The notes: generated by a model from the letters alone, not told the origin. A stretch of 52,621 nucleotides of DNA from Gemmatimonadales bacterium (GCA_035635835.1 DASQAH010000258.1:1-52621); one strand, 5' to 3'; numbered from the stretch's first letter, positions 43,174 through 52,621 are shown. Numbers and translations: made by a program.

Positions 43174-45288
43174 CTAGTCGGCTGCTTGCGCCGGCGGTTG
43201 CTGCTCCTCCTCGGCGAGCAGGCGGAAGGTCTTCACGGCGCCGGTGAGCTTGTCGGCCGCTTCGGCGAGCTGATTGGCCGAAGAGGCGATCTCCTGCGTG
43301 GACGCCGACTGCTCCTCGCTCGAGGCGGCGATTTCCTCCGTTGAGGCGAGCAAGGTGTCGGTGCCCTGCGCGACGGACTCGAGGCGCGCCGCGATTTCCT
43401 CCACCAGCTTGCGTAGCTCGACCGAGGCGACGGCGATCTCCCGGCCCCACGCGTCGTTGGCATCGGCCTCGCCGGCGACGGTAGCGAGCCCCTGCGCCGC
43501 GGACTGCGCGGCCTGACGCGCCTCGGCTCCGCCCTGCGCGAGCCGCACCAGCCGGTCGCGGTTCGCCTGCACACGTGCCAGCACGCCGCGCACCGTGTCG
43601 GCCGTGTCCCCCGCCGAGGCGGCGGCTACCGCGGCGAGCTTCCGCACCTCGTCAGCGACCACGGCGAACCCCCGACCCTGAGGGCCGGCGCGGGCGGCCT
43701 CGATGGCGGCATTGAGCGCCAGCATGTTGGTCTGGGTCGCGACGGACTTGGCCTGGGTCACGAACTTCTGGATCTCGGCCGACGCTTTGGCCAGCGCCTC
43801 CGCCTCCTGCGCTCCCCGCTCCACTTCCTCGACGAGCTTTGCGAGCTGAGCCGTGCTCTGATCCAACACCTCCTTATGTTGGCGCGCGACTCCGGCGAGC
43901 TTGGTGTTGCGCCGCACGGACTCCTCCGCCCCGGTCGCTAAGGCGGTAGCAATCTGCAGGATGCGGGCGGCGTCGTCGGCTCCGGCCCGTACCAGCTGCG
44001 CCTGCTCGGCCGCCCGCTTGGTGAGGTCCTGCGTCGTCGCGGTCATCTCCTGCGTGGAAGCACTCATCTGCTGGGTTGCCGCCGAGATTTGCGCCGCCAT
44101 CGCCGCGGCCTCGTCGGCCGCTGTGCGGATCGCCCCGACCAAGCGCCGCAGCGCTACCACCATGGTGTGGACCGAGGAGAGCAGGTCCCGCACGTCCCCC
44201 GTTTCGGTACGTTGCATGACGACCGCCACCGACAGATCCCCGCCAGCCACGCGACTCGCGATCGCGCCCACGGCCCGCACGGGCTCGGTGACGCGGCGGT
44301 TCAGCCAGTTCCCCAGTCCGACCAGTGCCGCCACCGTGATGCCCAGCAATGCCAGCGCGCCGAGCCAGATGTCGCGCTGCGTGGTCCGCGCAGCGGCGTA
44401 GGCCTCACTCGTCGGCTGGCGGAACAGCACCCACCAGTGGCCGTGGTTGGCCGGAATGGAGATCACCAGTTCCTCCCCGCGCGGCGTGGTGATCACGGCC
44501 GTCTGGGGCCGATCGCGGCGCGGGATGAGCTTCCCGTCGGGCACGAGCTGCAGTAGCTGGGACTGGTCCGGCCCAATGAGCAGGCGGCCCAGCTCATCCA
44601 CCACGTGGAGATAGGCGCCGTCGCCGAGCGCGTCGGGGCCGAGCAACGTCGCCAGCTTGTCGAGGCCAAAGACCGCCCTTACCGCTCCCACCGGCCGCGC
44701 CACTCCCGGCGCACGGATCGCGATGGCGTACTCGACCGCCACGGCGTTGGCTGCGGAGTCGAACGTTGCCTTGCCCTCGTACTCGCCATCCCTCAGCGCC
44801 CCCCGCCACCAACCCTCCCCTGATTGCGCGAAGCGCGACGTGCGATCGGACGTCATGACGTTGAAGCCGTGGCGATCGGTGAACAACAACGAGGCGATAT
44901 CGGAGCGCTGCGGGTACTCGCGGAAGTAGCGCTGTAATGCGGGATCGCCGCCCAGCTGCCGCGTGCCGCTGAACTGGCGCTCCAGGGTGGGAACGTCCTG
45001 CCGGTCGAGTCCCTGCGCCGCCGATTTTTGGGACGCATCCTGGGCGGCGGCGATGATGGCGGGGGAGCGCGCCAAGGCCTCGGCCTCGTGGCGGCGCTCT
45101 CGGAGGTAGCTCGTGGCCAGACTGGCCACGCGGATCGCGACTTCCGTCCCCCGGCGGTCGGCCAGGTCCTTCAGGGTGCCGCTGGCTTCATGGGCCGCTA
45201 CGACGGCTAGTACGATCACCAGCGCGAGCGCAACGGCCGCTCCGGTGACCAGGAAGCTTTGGCGCAGTTGCTGGGTTCTGGTGGCCAT
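43174..45288 (-). CDS. methyl-accepting chemotaxis protein (Cache-like sensor, HAMP, MA domain)
   Basis: TM, periplasmic domain, TM, HAMP, then [33 protein letters not shown] 45288 chosen over the TTG at 45336. Confidence 0.9.
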   Translation of the reverse strand: MATRTQQLRQSFLVTGAAVALALVIVLAVVAAHEASGTLKDLADRRGTEVAIRVASLATSYLRERRHEAEALARSPAIIAAAQDASQKSAAQGLDRQDVPTLERQFSGTRQLGGDPALQRYFREYPQRSDIASLLFTDRHGFNVMTSDRTSRFAQSGEGWWRGALRDGEYEGKATFDSAANAVAVEYAIAIRAPGVARPVGAVRAVFGLDKLATLLGPDALGDGAYLHVVDELGRLLIGPDQSQLLQLVPDGKLIPRRDRPQTAVITTPRGEELVISIPANHGHWWVLFRQPTSEAYAAARTTQRDIWLGALALLGITVAALVGLGNWLNRRVTEPVRAVGAIASRVAGGDLSVAVVMQRTETGDVRDLLSSVHTMVVALRRLVGAIRTAADEAAAMAAQISAATQQMSASTQEMTATTQDLTKRAAEQAQLVRAGADDAARILQIATALATGAEESVRRNTKLAGVARQHKEVLDQSTAQLAKLVEEVERGAQEAEALAKASAEIQKFVTQAKSVATQTNMLALNAAIEAARAGPQGRGFAVVADEVRKLAAVAAASAGDTADTVRGVLARVQANRDRLVRLAQGGAEARQAAQSAAQGLATVAGEADANDAWGREIAVASVELRKLVEEIAARLESVAQGTDTLLASTEEIAASSEEQSASTQEIASSANQLAEAADKLTGAVKTFRLLAEEEQQPPAQAAD

Positions 45289-45319
45289 GACCGGGGTCGG
45301 ACGCGGTAAGCTAGGACGG

Positions 45320-45347
45320 GTGACACGGCCGAGCAAGGCCGTTTAAT
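45320..45347 (+). promoter_or_regulatory. candidate leuS promoter GTGACA-N16-TTTAAT, 11 nt before ATG 45359, no SD
   Basis: Read directly. Overlaps the hairpin ACGGCC-N6-GGCCGT (45325-42). Confidence 0.45.
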
Positions 45348-45358
45348 TTCAGGCACTT

Positions 45359-47785
45359 ATGCCCGAGCTCCCGATCTACGATCCGCAGGTCGTCGAGACC
45401 GCCTGGCAGGCGCGGTGGGCGGAGCGCCACACCAACGAGCCCGATCTCGACCGCCCGCGCGCGCCGTTTTACAACCTGATGATGTTCCCGTATCCCTCGG
45501 CCGAGGGGCTGCATGTGGGGAACATGTTCGCCTTCACCGGCGCGGACATCTACGGCCGCTTCCAGCGGCTACAGGGCCACGACGTATTCGAGCCGATCGG
45601 GTTCGACGCGTTCGGGATCCACTCGGAAAACTACGCGCTCTCGGTCGGCACCAATCCGGCGCGACTGATCCCGCAGAACATCGAGAACTTCCGACGCCAG
45701 CTGCGGCGCTTCGGCGGGATGTTCGACTGGCGTCACGAGCTGTCGACCACCGACCCCGGCTACTACAAGTGGACGCAGTGGCTCTTCCTGCAGTTGTTCG
45801 CCGCCGGGCTCGCCTACCGGAAGCGCGCGGCGGTGAACTGGTGCCCTAAAGACAAGACCGTGCTCGCCAACGAGCAGGTCATTAACGGCCGGTGCGAGCG
45901 CTGCGGCACCGCAGTCGAGCAGCGCGCCCTGGAGCAGTGGTTCTTCCGGATCACCGACTACGCCGAGCCGCTGCTCTCGAACCTCGACCGGCTCGACTGG
46001 TCCCAGAGCACCATCGCGTTGCAGCGCAATTGGATCGGCCGCAGCGAGGGCGCCGAGCTCGCGTTCGAGACGCCGGCGGGCCGCAAGATCGCCGTGTTCA
46101 CCACCCGGCCCGATACGGTGTTCGGCGCCACGTACTTGGTGCTTGCCCCCGAGCATCCGCTGGTCGAGGAGCTGGTCGCCGTGGAGCAACGGCCGGCTGT
46201 GAAGGCCTACCAGCGGCAGGTGGAGAGCCGGGACATCGTCTCGCGCAAGGTCGGGGATAAGACCAAATCCGGCGTGTTCCTCGGCTCGTACGCGCGCAAT
46301 CCGGCCACCGGCGAGGCGATCCCGATCTGGATCGCCGACTACGTGCTTATGGAGTACGGCACCGGCGCCATCATGGGCGTGCCGGCGCATGACAAGCGTG
46401 ACTTCGAGTTCGCCGGTCAGTTCGGCTTGCCGATCCGCCAGGTGATCCACGCGGAGGGGGAGCTCGTCCCCAGCGAATCCGAGGTGGGCGTGCTGATCGG
46501 CTCCGGCGCCTTTGATGGACTCCCTTGCCGGGAAGGAGGCCGCAAGATCGTCGCGTGGCTCGCGGGGCGCGGCGTCGCCACGCCGCGGGTGCAGTACCGG
46601 CTGCACGACTGGTGCATCTCGCGCCAGCGCTACTGGGGACCGCCGATCCCGATCATCTACTGCGAGACCTGCGGCCCGGTGGGCGTGCCGGAGCGCGACC
46701 TCCCCGTCGAACTCCCGGTCATCGAAGACTTCCGGCCTGACGATAGTGGCGTCAGTCCTCTGGCCCGGCACAAGGAGTGGTACCACGTACCGTGTCCGCG
46801 GTGTGGCGGGCCGGGCCGCCGGGAGACCGACGTCTCGGACACGTTCCTCGACTCCGCGTGGTACTTCCTACGCTATCCTTCGACGGAGTTCCCCGACCGG
46901 CCGTTCGATCCCGCGCGCACGAAGACGTGGCTTCCGGTCACGACCTATATCGGCGGCAACGAGCACGCGGTACTGCACCTCCTCTACTCCCGCTTCATCA
47001 CGATGGTGCTACGACAGCTCGGCCACGTGCGCTTCGAAGAGCCGTTTCCCAAGCTCCGGGCGCACGGGCTCATCGTGAAGGACGGCGCGAAGATGTCCAA
47101 GTCGCGGGGGAACGTGGTGATCCCCGACGCCTACATCCGGCAATGGGGCGCGGACACCTTCAGGATGTACCTGATGTTCCTCGGACCCTTCCAGGAAGGA
47201 GGGGACTTCCGGGAAACGGGGATCGTGGGAATCCGCCGGTTCCTCGACAAGGTGTGGCAGCTGGCTCACGAAGTGGCGGCCCCGCGCTTCAGTCCGGCTT
47301 CGCTCCCTACCTCTCTCCGCCGGGCCGTGGAGCGCAAGCTGCACCAGACGATCAAGAAGGTCACCGCGGACACGGAGAACCTCGATTACAACACGGCGAT
47401 CGCGGCGATGATGGAGTACGTGAACGAGGTCCGGGAGGCGGGAGGCGCGAGTCGGGAGGCGTTGGAGCCGCTCGTGCTGATGCTCGCGCCGTACGCGCCA
47501 CACCTCGCCGAGGAGCTGTGGGCGGTGCTCGGCCACACGGAGCGCTCAATCTTCGAGGAGCGCTGGCCGGCCTACGACGAGGCGCTCGCCGCCGCGGGCG
47601 ACGTCGAGATCGCCGTGCAAGTGAACGGCCGGTTGCGCGGTCGCGTCACCGTTGCGCGTGGCACGCCCGAGGCGGAAGTGGTCAAGCGCGCGCTCGCGGA
47701 CGAGGGGGTGAGGAAGTTCGTCGATGGCAACCCGATCAAGAAGACAGTCTTCGTGCAGGATAGGCTGGTCAATCTAGTCGTGTGA
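45359..47785 (+). CDS. leuS: leucine--tRNA ligase
   Basis: PYPSAEGLHVGN (HIGH-type), zinc knuckle CERCGT, KMSKSRGN (KMSKS). Confidence 0.97.
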   Translation: MPELPIYDPQVVETAWQARWAERHTNEPDLDRPRAPFYNLMMFPYPSAEGLHVGNMFAFTGADIYGRFQRLQGHDVFEPIGFDAFGIHSENYALSVGTNPARLIPQNIENFRRQLRRFGGMFDWRHELSTTDPGYYKWTQWLFLQLFAAGLAYRKRAAVNWCPKDKTVLANEQVINGRCERCGTAVEQRALEQWFFRITDYAEPLLSNLDRLDWSQSTIALQRNWIGRSEGAELAFETPAGRKIAVFTTRPDTVFGATYLVLAPEHPLVEELVAVEQRPAVKAYQRQVESRDIVSRKVGDKTKSGVFLGSYARNPATGEAIPIWIADYVLMEYGTGAIMGVPAHDKRDFEFAGQFGLPIRQVIHAEGELVPSESEVGVLIGSGAFDGLPCREGGRKIVAWLAGRGVATPRVQYRLHDWCISRQRYWGPPIPIIYCETCGPVGVPERDLPVELPVIEDFRPDDSGVSPLARHKEWYHVPCPRCGGPGRRETDVSDTFLDSAWYFLRYPSTEFPDRPFDPARTKTWLPVTTYIGGNEHAVLHLLYSRFITMVLRQLGHVRFEEPFPKLRAHGLIVKDGAKMSKSRGNVVIPDAYIRQWGADTFRMYLMFLGPFQEGGDFRETGIVGIRRFLDKVWQLAHEVAAPRFSPASLPTSLRRAVERKLHQTIKKVTADTENLDYNTAIAAMMEYVNEVREAGGASREALEPLVLMLAPYAPHLAEELWAVLGHTERSIFEERWPAYDEALAAAGDVEIAVQVNGRLRGRVTVARGTPEAEVVKRALADEGVRKFVDGNPIKKTVFVQDRLVNLVV

Positions 47786-47849
47786 GACGGGGAAGGATTG
47801 GGGAATGGCAGACCGTCTGCCAGTAGTTTCCCCATTCCCGGGTCTCACA
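47781..47849. terminator. long imperfect inverted repeat between convergent leuS and VIT1 genes (candidate bidirectional terminator)
   Basis: TGTGAGAC/GTCTCACA (these contain both stop codons), GGGAATGG/CCATTCCC, and the inner hairpin GGCAGA-CCG-TCTGCC (47807-21). No clear U-tract. Confidence 0.45.
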
Positions 47850-48966
47850 GCAGTTTCGCGGCGAGGTTGCCGACCACGTAGCCAACCGCCGCCACCCCCA
47901 GGCCCACGACGAACATATCCAGGCCGCTGCGCAGCACCCCGCGCCCCGTGAAAAAGCTGCGCGCCCCGCCTACTGCGAAGTGCGATACCATAGCGACCCC
48001 GAACGCGGTCCACATCGCCGCCCGGCCGGGCAGCACGAGAAACGGGGCCACGGGAATAAGGGCACCCACGGCCGTGGCCACCCCGGTGATCCAGCCCTCC
48101 CGCAGCGGCGTCGAGTGCGCCGCCCCGATCTTCAGCTCCTCGCGCACCTGCTCGTCCAGCGCGCGATCGGGGTTTGCCATCACTTCCGCAGCGAGCCGCC
48201 GCGCCTGCGCGGCGTCGATCCCCTTGGTCTCATAGACCAACGCCAGCTCCTCTTCCTCGACCTCGGGCATCAACCGGATCTCTTCCTTCTCCATTGCGAT
48301 CTCGTGCGCATAGACCTCCTGCTCGCTCTTGGCGGCGAGGTAGCCGGAGGCGCCCATTGAGAGTGCGTCGGCGATCATCCCCGCTACGCCCGAGATCAGA
48401 ATCACGTGCGGCTGCACGGCCGCGCCGATCACGCCGGCCACGAGACCGAAATTCGCCGTGAGCCCGTCGTTAAAGCCGTAGACCACGTTGCGCAGGAAGC
48501 CGCCCGATCCGGTGCGGTGCCACGGCTCGGCGCTCGAGCCAGCGAGGCCAGCGAGAGTCTCGGCGTGCTCGGCCGACTCCTTGGCCAGCGTCAGCGAGAC
48601 CGCACGCGCGTCTGCCGCTTGCGAGGCCTGGTGCAGGTCCATGTACCCCTTCACCTCGCGCCCCTCCTCGCGCAGCAACAACGGCAGGAGGTAGCGCGGG
48701 CCGAAGCGGCGCCCGAGCCACGCCATGACACGGGCGTTGAGGGAGGGCGTCGCCCCGCCGGGAGGGACGCGATGGCCGTTCTCCCCCAGCAACTTGGCCC
48801 ACATCTCCGTGTGCCGCCGTTCGACCCCGGCCAGTTTCCCATAGGTTGCCTGCCGCTTCGGGTCTGACTCCTGGGCAGCCAAGATGTCGTACAGGTAGGC
48901 GGCGTCGAATTCGTCCTGCCAGTGATGAAGCCAGGTGTGAAGGGTCGCTCGGTCGGGGCTCGGCAT
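47845..48966 (-). CDS. membrane-bound ferritin-like / VIT1 (CCC1) family iron-manganese transporter (MbfA-like)
   Basis: N-terminal erythrin-type four-helix motifs (GVERRHTEMW, AKESAEHAE). C-terminal VIT1 signature GFNDGLTANFGLVAG with TM helices. Confidence 0.85.
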   Translation of the reverse strand: MPSPDRATLHTWLHHWQDEFDAAYLYDILAAQESDPKRQATYGKLAGVERRHTEMWAKLLGENGHRVPPGGATPSLNARVMAWLGRRFGPRYLLPLLLREEGREVKGYMDLHQASQAADARAVSLTLAKESAEHAETLAGLAGSSAEPWHRTGSGGFLRNVVYGFNDGLTANFGLVAGVIGAAVQPHVILISGVAGMIADALSMGASGYLAAKSEQEVYAHEIAMEKEEIRLMPEVEEEELALVYETKGIDAAQARRLAAEVMANPDRALDEQVREELKIGAAHSTPLREGWITGVATAVGALIPVAPFLVLPGRAAMWTAFGVAMVSHFAVGGARSFFTGRGVLRSGLDMFVVGLGVAAVGYVVGNLAAKLL

Positions 48967-48972
48967 GGCGGG

Positions 48973-48978
48973 AAGATA
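48973..48978 (-). promoter_or_regulatory. -10-like TATCTT, 6 nt before ATG 48966 (leaderless geometry)
   Basis: Plus-strand aagata. Overlaps the ATACGGTGCGG repeat element. Confidence 0.35.
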
Positions 48979-49113
48979 CGGTGCGGTGTGCCAAGCTACT
49001 AGAGGGCAATGAGTTAAGTAGACGGTCCGCGGGACGCTGTGTGCTGTTCCTAGTCACCGTATACCGCGCTCCCCGCACCGTGTTGTGCGACTCTCCAATC
49101 ATCCACCGCATCA

Positions 49114-49119
49114 TAGCTT
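49114..49119 (+). promoter_or_regulatory. -10-like TAGCTT, 7 nt before ATG 49127
   Basis: Read directly. GGGAG abuts the ATG with no spacer, so it is unlikely to act as an SD. Confidence 0.4.
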
Positions 49120-49126
49120 ACGGGAG

Positions 49127-49666
49127 ATGACCATCTCACTGACCGTCCCGGATGTCCTGGTCGCGCGCGCCCGCACCGGTGACCTCGAGGCTCTCGAAGC
49201 GCTGTACCGCGCGTTCGAGACGCCGGTCTACAACCTCGCACGCCGCATTCTGCGGACGCCGGAGGACGCCGAGGACGTGCTGCAGGAGACGTTCCTCGAG
49301 GTGGTGAAGAGTATCAAGCAGTATCGGGGAGAGGGGCACCTCTGGGGCTGGATCCGCCGGATCGCGGCGTCGAAGGCGCTAATGCGCATCCGGCGCGAGC
49401 AGGTACGGGCCACGGAGGAGTTCGAGGAGTCCGCGACGAGAGGACGGCCCACGGCGCACGTCGGGACGAACATCGATCTCGAACGCGCCTTGCAGCAACT
49501 GCACGAGACCTCACGAGCGGTGGTGTGGCTCCACGACGTGGAAGGCTACACGCACGAGGAGATCGCGGAGCTGATGGGGAAGACGGTGAGCTTTTCGAAG
49601 TCCCAGCTGGCGCGGGCGCATGCGCGTCTGCGGCGCACGCTGGAGCCGGGACTGGAGGGAGCATAG
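49127..49666 (+). CDS. ECF (group 4) RNA polymerase sigma factor
   Basis: Region 2 DAEDVLQETFLEVVKSIKQYRGEGHLWGWIRRIA. Region 4 VVWLHDVEGYTHEEIAELMGKTVSFSKSQLARA. Confidence 0.9.
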   Translation: MTISLTVPDVLVARARTGDLEALEALYRAFETPVYNLARRILRTPEDAEDVLQETFLEVVKSIKQYRGEGHLWGWIRRIAASKALMRIRREQVRATEEFEESATRGRPTAHVGTNIDLERALQQLHETSRAVVWLHDVEGYTHEEIAELMGKTVSFSKSQLARAHARLRRTLEPGLEGA

Positions 49667-50251
49667 ATGCATTGTACGATGGACGACCTCGTAGCGGTGC
49701 GGGACGGCGAAGGATCCGCCCAGGTCCGCCGGCACCTGGAGGACTGTGCGGCGTGTCGCGCCGAGCTGGACGCGATCTATCAGCGGGTGGCGCAGCTGAA
49801 AGCCCTGCCGGCGCTGCGCCCGCCGCGGGATCGCTGGGAGGCTGTGCGGGCGGAGGTCGTCGCGGCGCAGCGACGGCGGCGGAGCGTGTGGGGCACGTTG
49901 AGCCTCGCGGCCGCTGCGGCCCTGGCCGGATTGATCGTGTTCGGGCCCTGGAGCGGGGGCAACACGCTGCACGCCGAGCTGTCTCAGGCCAAGCAGCGCT
50001 GTTCCAAGCTGGAGTCGGCGCTGCAGCAGTACGACGCCGACGCGCGCGTGGTGAGCGGGCGGTCGGCCGCCCTGGCGGCACAGCTGGAGGACCAGATCGC
50101 CGCAGTGGACGGCCGGCTCTCGCAGCTCAGTCCCCGAGGCGGACGTCGGACGCCGGAAGCGGAGCTGGTGGATCTCTGGACACAGCGGGCGACCCTGATG
50201 CAGCAACTCTACCAGGTACGGGTTACCCGCGTCTCATACGTCGGGCTATAA
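49667..50251 (+). CDS. anti-sigma factor (zf-HC2), single TM, coiled-coil outer domain
   Basis: HLEDCAACRAEL (H-x3-C-x2-C). TM segment LSLAAAAALAGLIVF. The ATG immediately follows the sigma stop. Confidence 0.75.
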   Translation: MHCTMDDLVAVRDGEGSAQVRRHLEDCAACRAELDAIYQRVAQLKALPALRPPRDRWEAVRAEVVAAQRRRRSVWGTLSLAAAAALAGLIVFGPWSGGNTLHAELSQAKQRCSKLESALQQYDADARVVSGRSAALAAQLEDQIAAVDGRLSQLSPRGGRRTPEAELVDLWTQRATLMQQLYQVRVTRVSYVGL

Positions 50252-50270
50252 CGCCCTGTTAGGAGAGCAC

Positions 50271-51278
50271 ATGAATCGGAAGTGGATGCAACTGGCTGTG
50301 GCCGTCGCTGTCGCCCTGCCGGCGGCGCTGGCGGCGCAGGAAACCCCGCGGCCGTCCCCCCCCCGCCCTCCCCGCGCCCGCGCGAGGGCCCCCTTCTCGG
50401 TGTTCAGCTTCAGCGGCAATCGCGGCCGGATCGGCGTGATCGTGAACACGGCAGCCAACGCCGACTCGGACAAGATCGGCGCGCGGATCGAGGGCGTCAC
50501 TCCCGCCGGCCCCGCCGCGAAGGCCGGGCTCAAGGTCGGAGACATCATCACGAAGTTCAACGGGACCTCGCTCGCCGGCGTGCGGGCTGAAGGCGAGGAG
50601 GACGAGTCGGGCCCGGGCGCGAAACTCGTCGAGCTCGCCCATGATCTGGACCCAGGTGACACAGTGCAGGTCGAGTACCGCCGCGGCAGCGATGCCAAGA
50701 AAGCGACCCTGGTCGCGGAAGAGGTGAGCTACAGCAGCGACTTCCACATGTCGCCGGCGCCCACGCCAGAACTCGCGTGGCCCCCTGGGCACATGATGAT
50801 CGAGCCTGGGATGGGGAGCTTCGGGTTCTGCTTCGGGGAGGGCTGGTGCGACCTCAACTTGGTACGCCTCAACGCGGACCTGGGCGAGTATTTCGGGACC
50901 TCCGAGGGCCTGCTGGTCGTTAAGGCGCCGGCTGATTCGAGCCTGCCGATCAAGAGCGGCGACGTGATACTCTCGATCGGGGGACGCAAACCGACGACGG
51001 CGGAGCACGCGATGCGGATCCTACGCTCCTACGATACGGGGGAGACGGTGTCCATCGAGATCATGCGCAAACAGAAGCGCTTGACCCTTGCCTGGAAGGT
51101 GCCGGAGCGCGAGGACATGATCCGTGCGCGCCCGCCCCGCACTCCGCGCCACAACGAGCGTGGTGAAGCAAGCTACTGGCGCATCCTGCCCAAGGTGCAA
51201 GCCCGTGTGCTGGCCAGCACGATGGCGAAGGTGCACGTCATGGGACGGGTAAAATGGCAGCATCTGCGCGCGATCTGA
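50271..51278 (+). CDS. secreted protein with two PDZ domains and no protease domain
   Basis: Signal peptide ...LAAQE. PDZ1 IGARIEGVTPAGPAAKAGLKVGDIITKFNG. PDZ2 GLLVVKAPADSSLPIKSGDVILSIGG. Confidence 0.8.
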   Translation: MNRKWMQLAVAVAVALPAALAAQETPRPSPPRPPRARARAPFSVFSFSGNRGRIGVIVNTAANADSDKIGARIEGVTPAGPAAKAGLKVGDIITKFNGTSLAGVRAEGEEDESGPGAKLVELAHDLDPGDTVQVEYRRGSDAKKATLVAEEVSYSSDFHMSPAPTPELAWPPGHMMIEPGMGSFGFCFGEGWCDLNLVRLNADLGEYFGTSEGLLVVKAPADSSLPIKSGDVILSIGGRKPTTAEHAMRILRSYDTGETVSIEIMRKQKRLTLAWKVPEREDMIRARPPRTPRHNERGEASYWRILPKVQARVLASTMAKVHVMGRVKWQHLRAI

Positions 51279-51303
51279 GACACTGACGCACTGCAGGGCT
51301 AAG

Positions 51304-51336
51304 GGGCTAAGAGGCTGTCTAGCCTCTTAGCCCTTT
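51304..51336. terminator. rho-independent-type terminator between convergent genes
   Basis: 13-bp perfect stem GGGCTAAGAGGCT / AGCCTCTTAGCCC, loop GTCT, then TTT. Preceded by a tandem copy of GGGCTAAG. Confidence 0.65.
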
Positions 51337-51346
51337 GGCTTGTCGA

Positions 51347-52621
51347 CTAGCGCCCCGGTCCGATCAGTATCGCGTTTGTCACCAGCCGCGCCGGCCCGCG
51401 CCAGAACGCGCGAAACAATGGGTCGCCGAGGAACAAGACCACGTGGCCGTCGCCCTGGTTCTCTACCACGGCCCACGCCGTTCCTTTGAGCAGCCGCTCG
51501 GTGTTATCCGGCCACGTAAACCCTGAGAGGGTGAGCGAGTCGCTCGCTCCGGCAACGGTGAACACCACCGGGTTCGCCCCCGTCCGAGACAACTTCCAGA
51601 ACGTCGACCCTTCGAGGTAGACCGGCAGCTGGTCCTGCTCGTATCCGAGGGTAAGCCAGTGCGTGCGGTCGAGTGTGGCCCGGAAAATCGTGCCCGGGAG
51701 CACCTCGGGCTTGTCGTGCGAGGTGGCCGTGGGGGAGGCGAGGGGCGGAGTATCGCCCTTGGCCGCGGTATCGGGCTTGGCGCTGTCGCCCACGGTGGCG
51801 ATGGTGGAGAGCCCCACTTCCTTGTTGGCCGTGAGGTCTCCCGCGCCGCCGAACCCGATCAGCACTCCACCGGTCTTGACCCAGGCTTTGAGCTTCGCGA
51901 TGCCGCCCTCGCCCAACTCGCGGCGCATCCGGCCCGCATTCCCGTCGGGCAGGAACAGCACATTGAAGCGGTCGAGGTCGTCCATTCCGCCCAGACTGCG
52001 CAACGACACGGGCACGAACGGGAGCCCCAAGTCGCGGGCCAGAAAATGCCACAGCCAACCGTAGCCCGTCTCGGAGACACCGTCCCCGACGCCCACGGCA
52101 ACGCTCGGCGCGTGCAGACTGACGACGAGATCCGACCCTGTCCCGACGTTGCCGCTGTCGGCGAAGGCGCTCTGGACCGCTGTCACGGGCACACCGAGCG
52201 CAGGGGCGAGCGCGGCGAGCCGATCGGCCAGCGTCGCTGGGTTGCGCTGCAACCGCGCGATGAACGTGCCGCGCGGCCAGCCGTGTCCATCGGCGCGCAG
52301 CGGCTGAGTGGCGGTGGCGACGTGGAAGCCTTCGCGCAGCAGCGTGAGCGCGAGCCGGGCCGCGCCCAGATTGTCGTCGGTGAACACGTACGCAGTGGCA
52401 GCCCGGCCAGGGGCCGGGGGCGGCGGGAGTAGGGTATCGGTAACGAGGTCGCCGCCGAGCGGGGCCGCGTCTTCGGTCCAATAGGCCTCGAGGTTGAACG
52501 TGTACGGGAGAGACCAGGCGGTGATGTCGTAGAAGCCGTAGTCCTCCTTATCCGTGTCCTCGCCGCGGCGGCGGTTGCGCTGGAACTTGAGGAGTTGCTC
52601 CCGCACAAAGCCGGGCTCCAG
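51347..52621 (-). CDS. C-terminal part of a large secreted protein (M14 carboxypeptidase-associated domain?), 5' end outside window
   Basis: The frame is open to the right window edge (the track start at 52606 is only an internal GTG). High GC3. The family assignment is tentative. Confidence 0.7.
   Translation of the reverse strand: MEPGFVREQLLKFQRNRRRGEDTDKEDYGFYDITAWSLPYTFNLEAYWTEDAAPLGGDLVTDTLLPPPPAPGRAATAYVFTDDNLGAARLALTLLREGFHVATATQPLRADGHGWPRGTFIARLQRNPATLADRLAALAPALGVPVTAVQSAFADSGNVGTGSDLVVSLHAPSVAVGVGDGVSETGYGWLWHFLARDLGLPFVPVSLRSLGGMDDLDRFNVLFLPDGNAGRMRRELGEGGIAKLKAWVKTGGVLIGFGGAGDLTANKEVGLSTIATVGDSAKPDTAAKGDTPPLASPTATSHDKPEVLPGTIFRATLDRTHWLTLGYEQDQLPVYLEGSTFWKLSRTGANPVVFTVAGASDSLTLSGFTWPDNTERLLKGTAWAVVENQGDGHVVLFLGDPLFRAFWRGPARLVTNAILIGPGR

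Noticed and set aside
45325-45349. Hairpin ACGGCC-GAGCAA-GGCCGT followed by TTAATTT just upstream of leuS, resembling an attenuator or terminator
   Set aside because: The stem is only 6 bp. It coincides with the promoter spacer and -10 candidate, and there is no leader peptide or T-box features. The AT-rich tail is more simply the -10 element.

Overview
High-GC (about 68-70% by eye) bacterial chromosomal segment, very tightly packed. I call about 49 protein-coding genes and recognise no rRNA, tRNA, CRISPR array, transposase or integrase. Core genes: gyrA, leuS, argC-argB-argD plus a short ArgA-like GNAT, a class-V aminotransferase coupled to serA, two NAD-salvage genes, rnhA, dCMP deaminase and selD. 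Secreted hydrolases: three amidohydrolase-superfamily genes, M1 aminopeptidase, S41 peptidase, Tat-signal isoaspartyl peptidase/asparaginase, dienelactone hydrolase, PQQ sugar dehydrogenase, M14-like fragment. Signalling genes: REC-GAF-GGDEF, zinc-ribbon Ser/Thr kinase, MCP, TetR, ECF sigma/anti-sigma. Gene style fits a Gemmatimonadota-like high-GC Gram-negative lineage; that is inference only. Many ORF-track calls are over-extended at the 5' end or are antisense shadow ORFs typical of high GC, so I re-derived starts by hand. Main non-routine observations: (1) a TAGNTT-type -10 hexamer sits 5-9 nt upstream of the start codon of most operon-leading genes, which implies leaderless mRNAs. (2) selD is a selenoprotein whose in-frame UGA splits the ORF-track call, and a SECIS-like hairpin follows it. 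(3) A family of G-quadruplex-capable G-tracts (several ending in G8) lies in frame inside conserved enzymes as Gly-rich insertions, and one CDS carries a G11 run. (4) A leaderless, translationally coupled GT2 / orphan zf-HC2 anti-sigma-like / unknown exported protein module. (5) An outer-membrane barrel gene whose signal peptide has no ATG/GTG/TTG start. (6) Unusual junctions: divergent starts sharing one CATG, convergent stops 1-6 nt apart, and stop codons embedded in palindromes. I found no clear defence, toxin or mobile system. The candidates for undescribed biology are the GT2 module, the unknown membrane protein at 38012-39079 and the regulatory repeats listed below.
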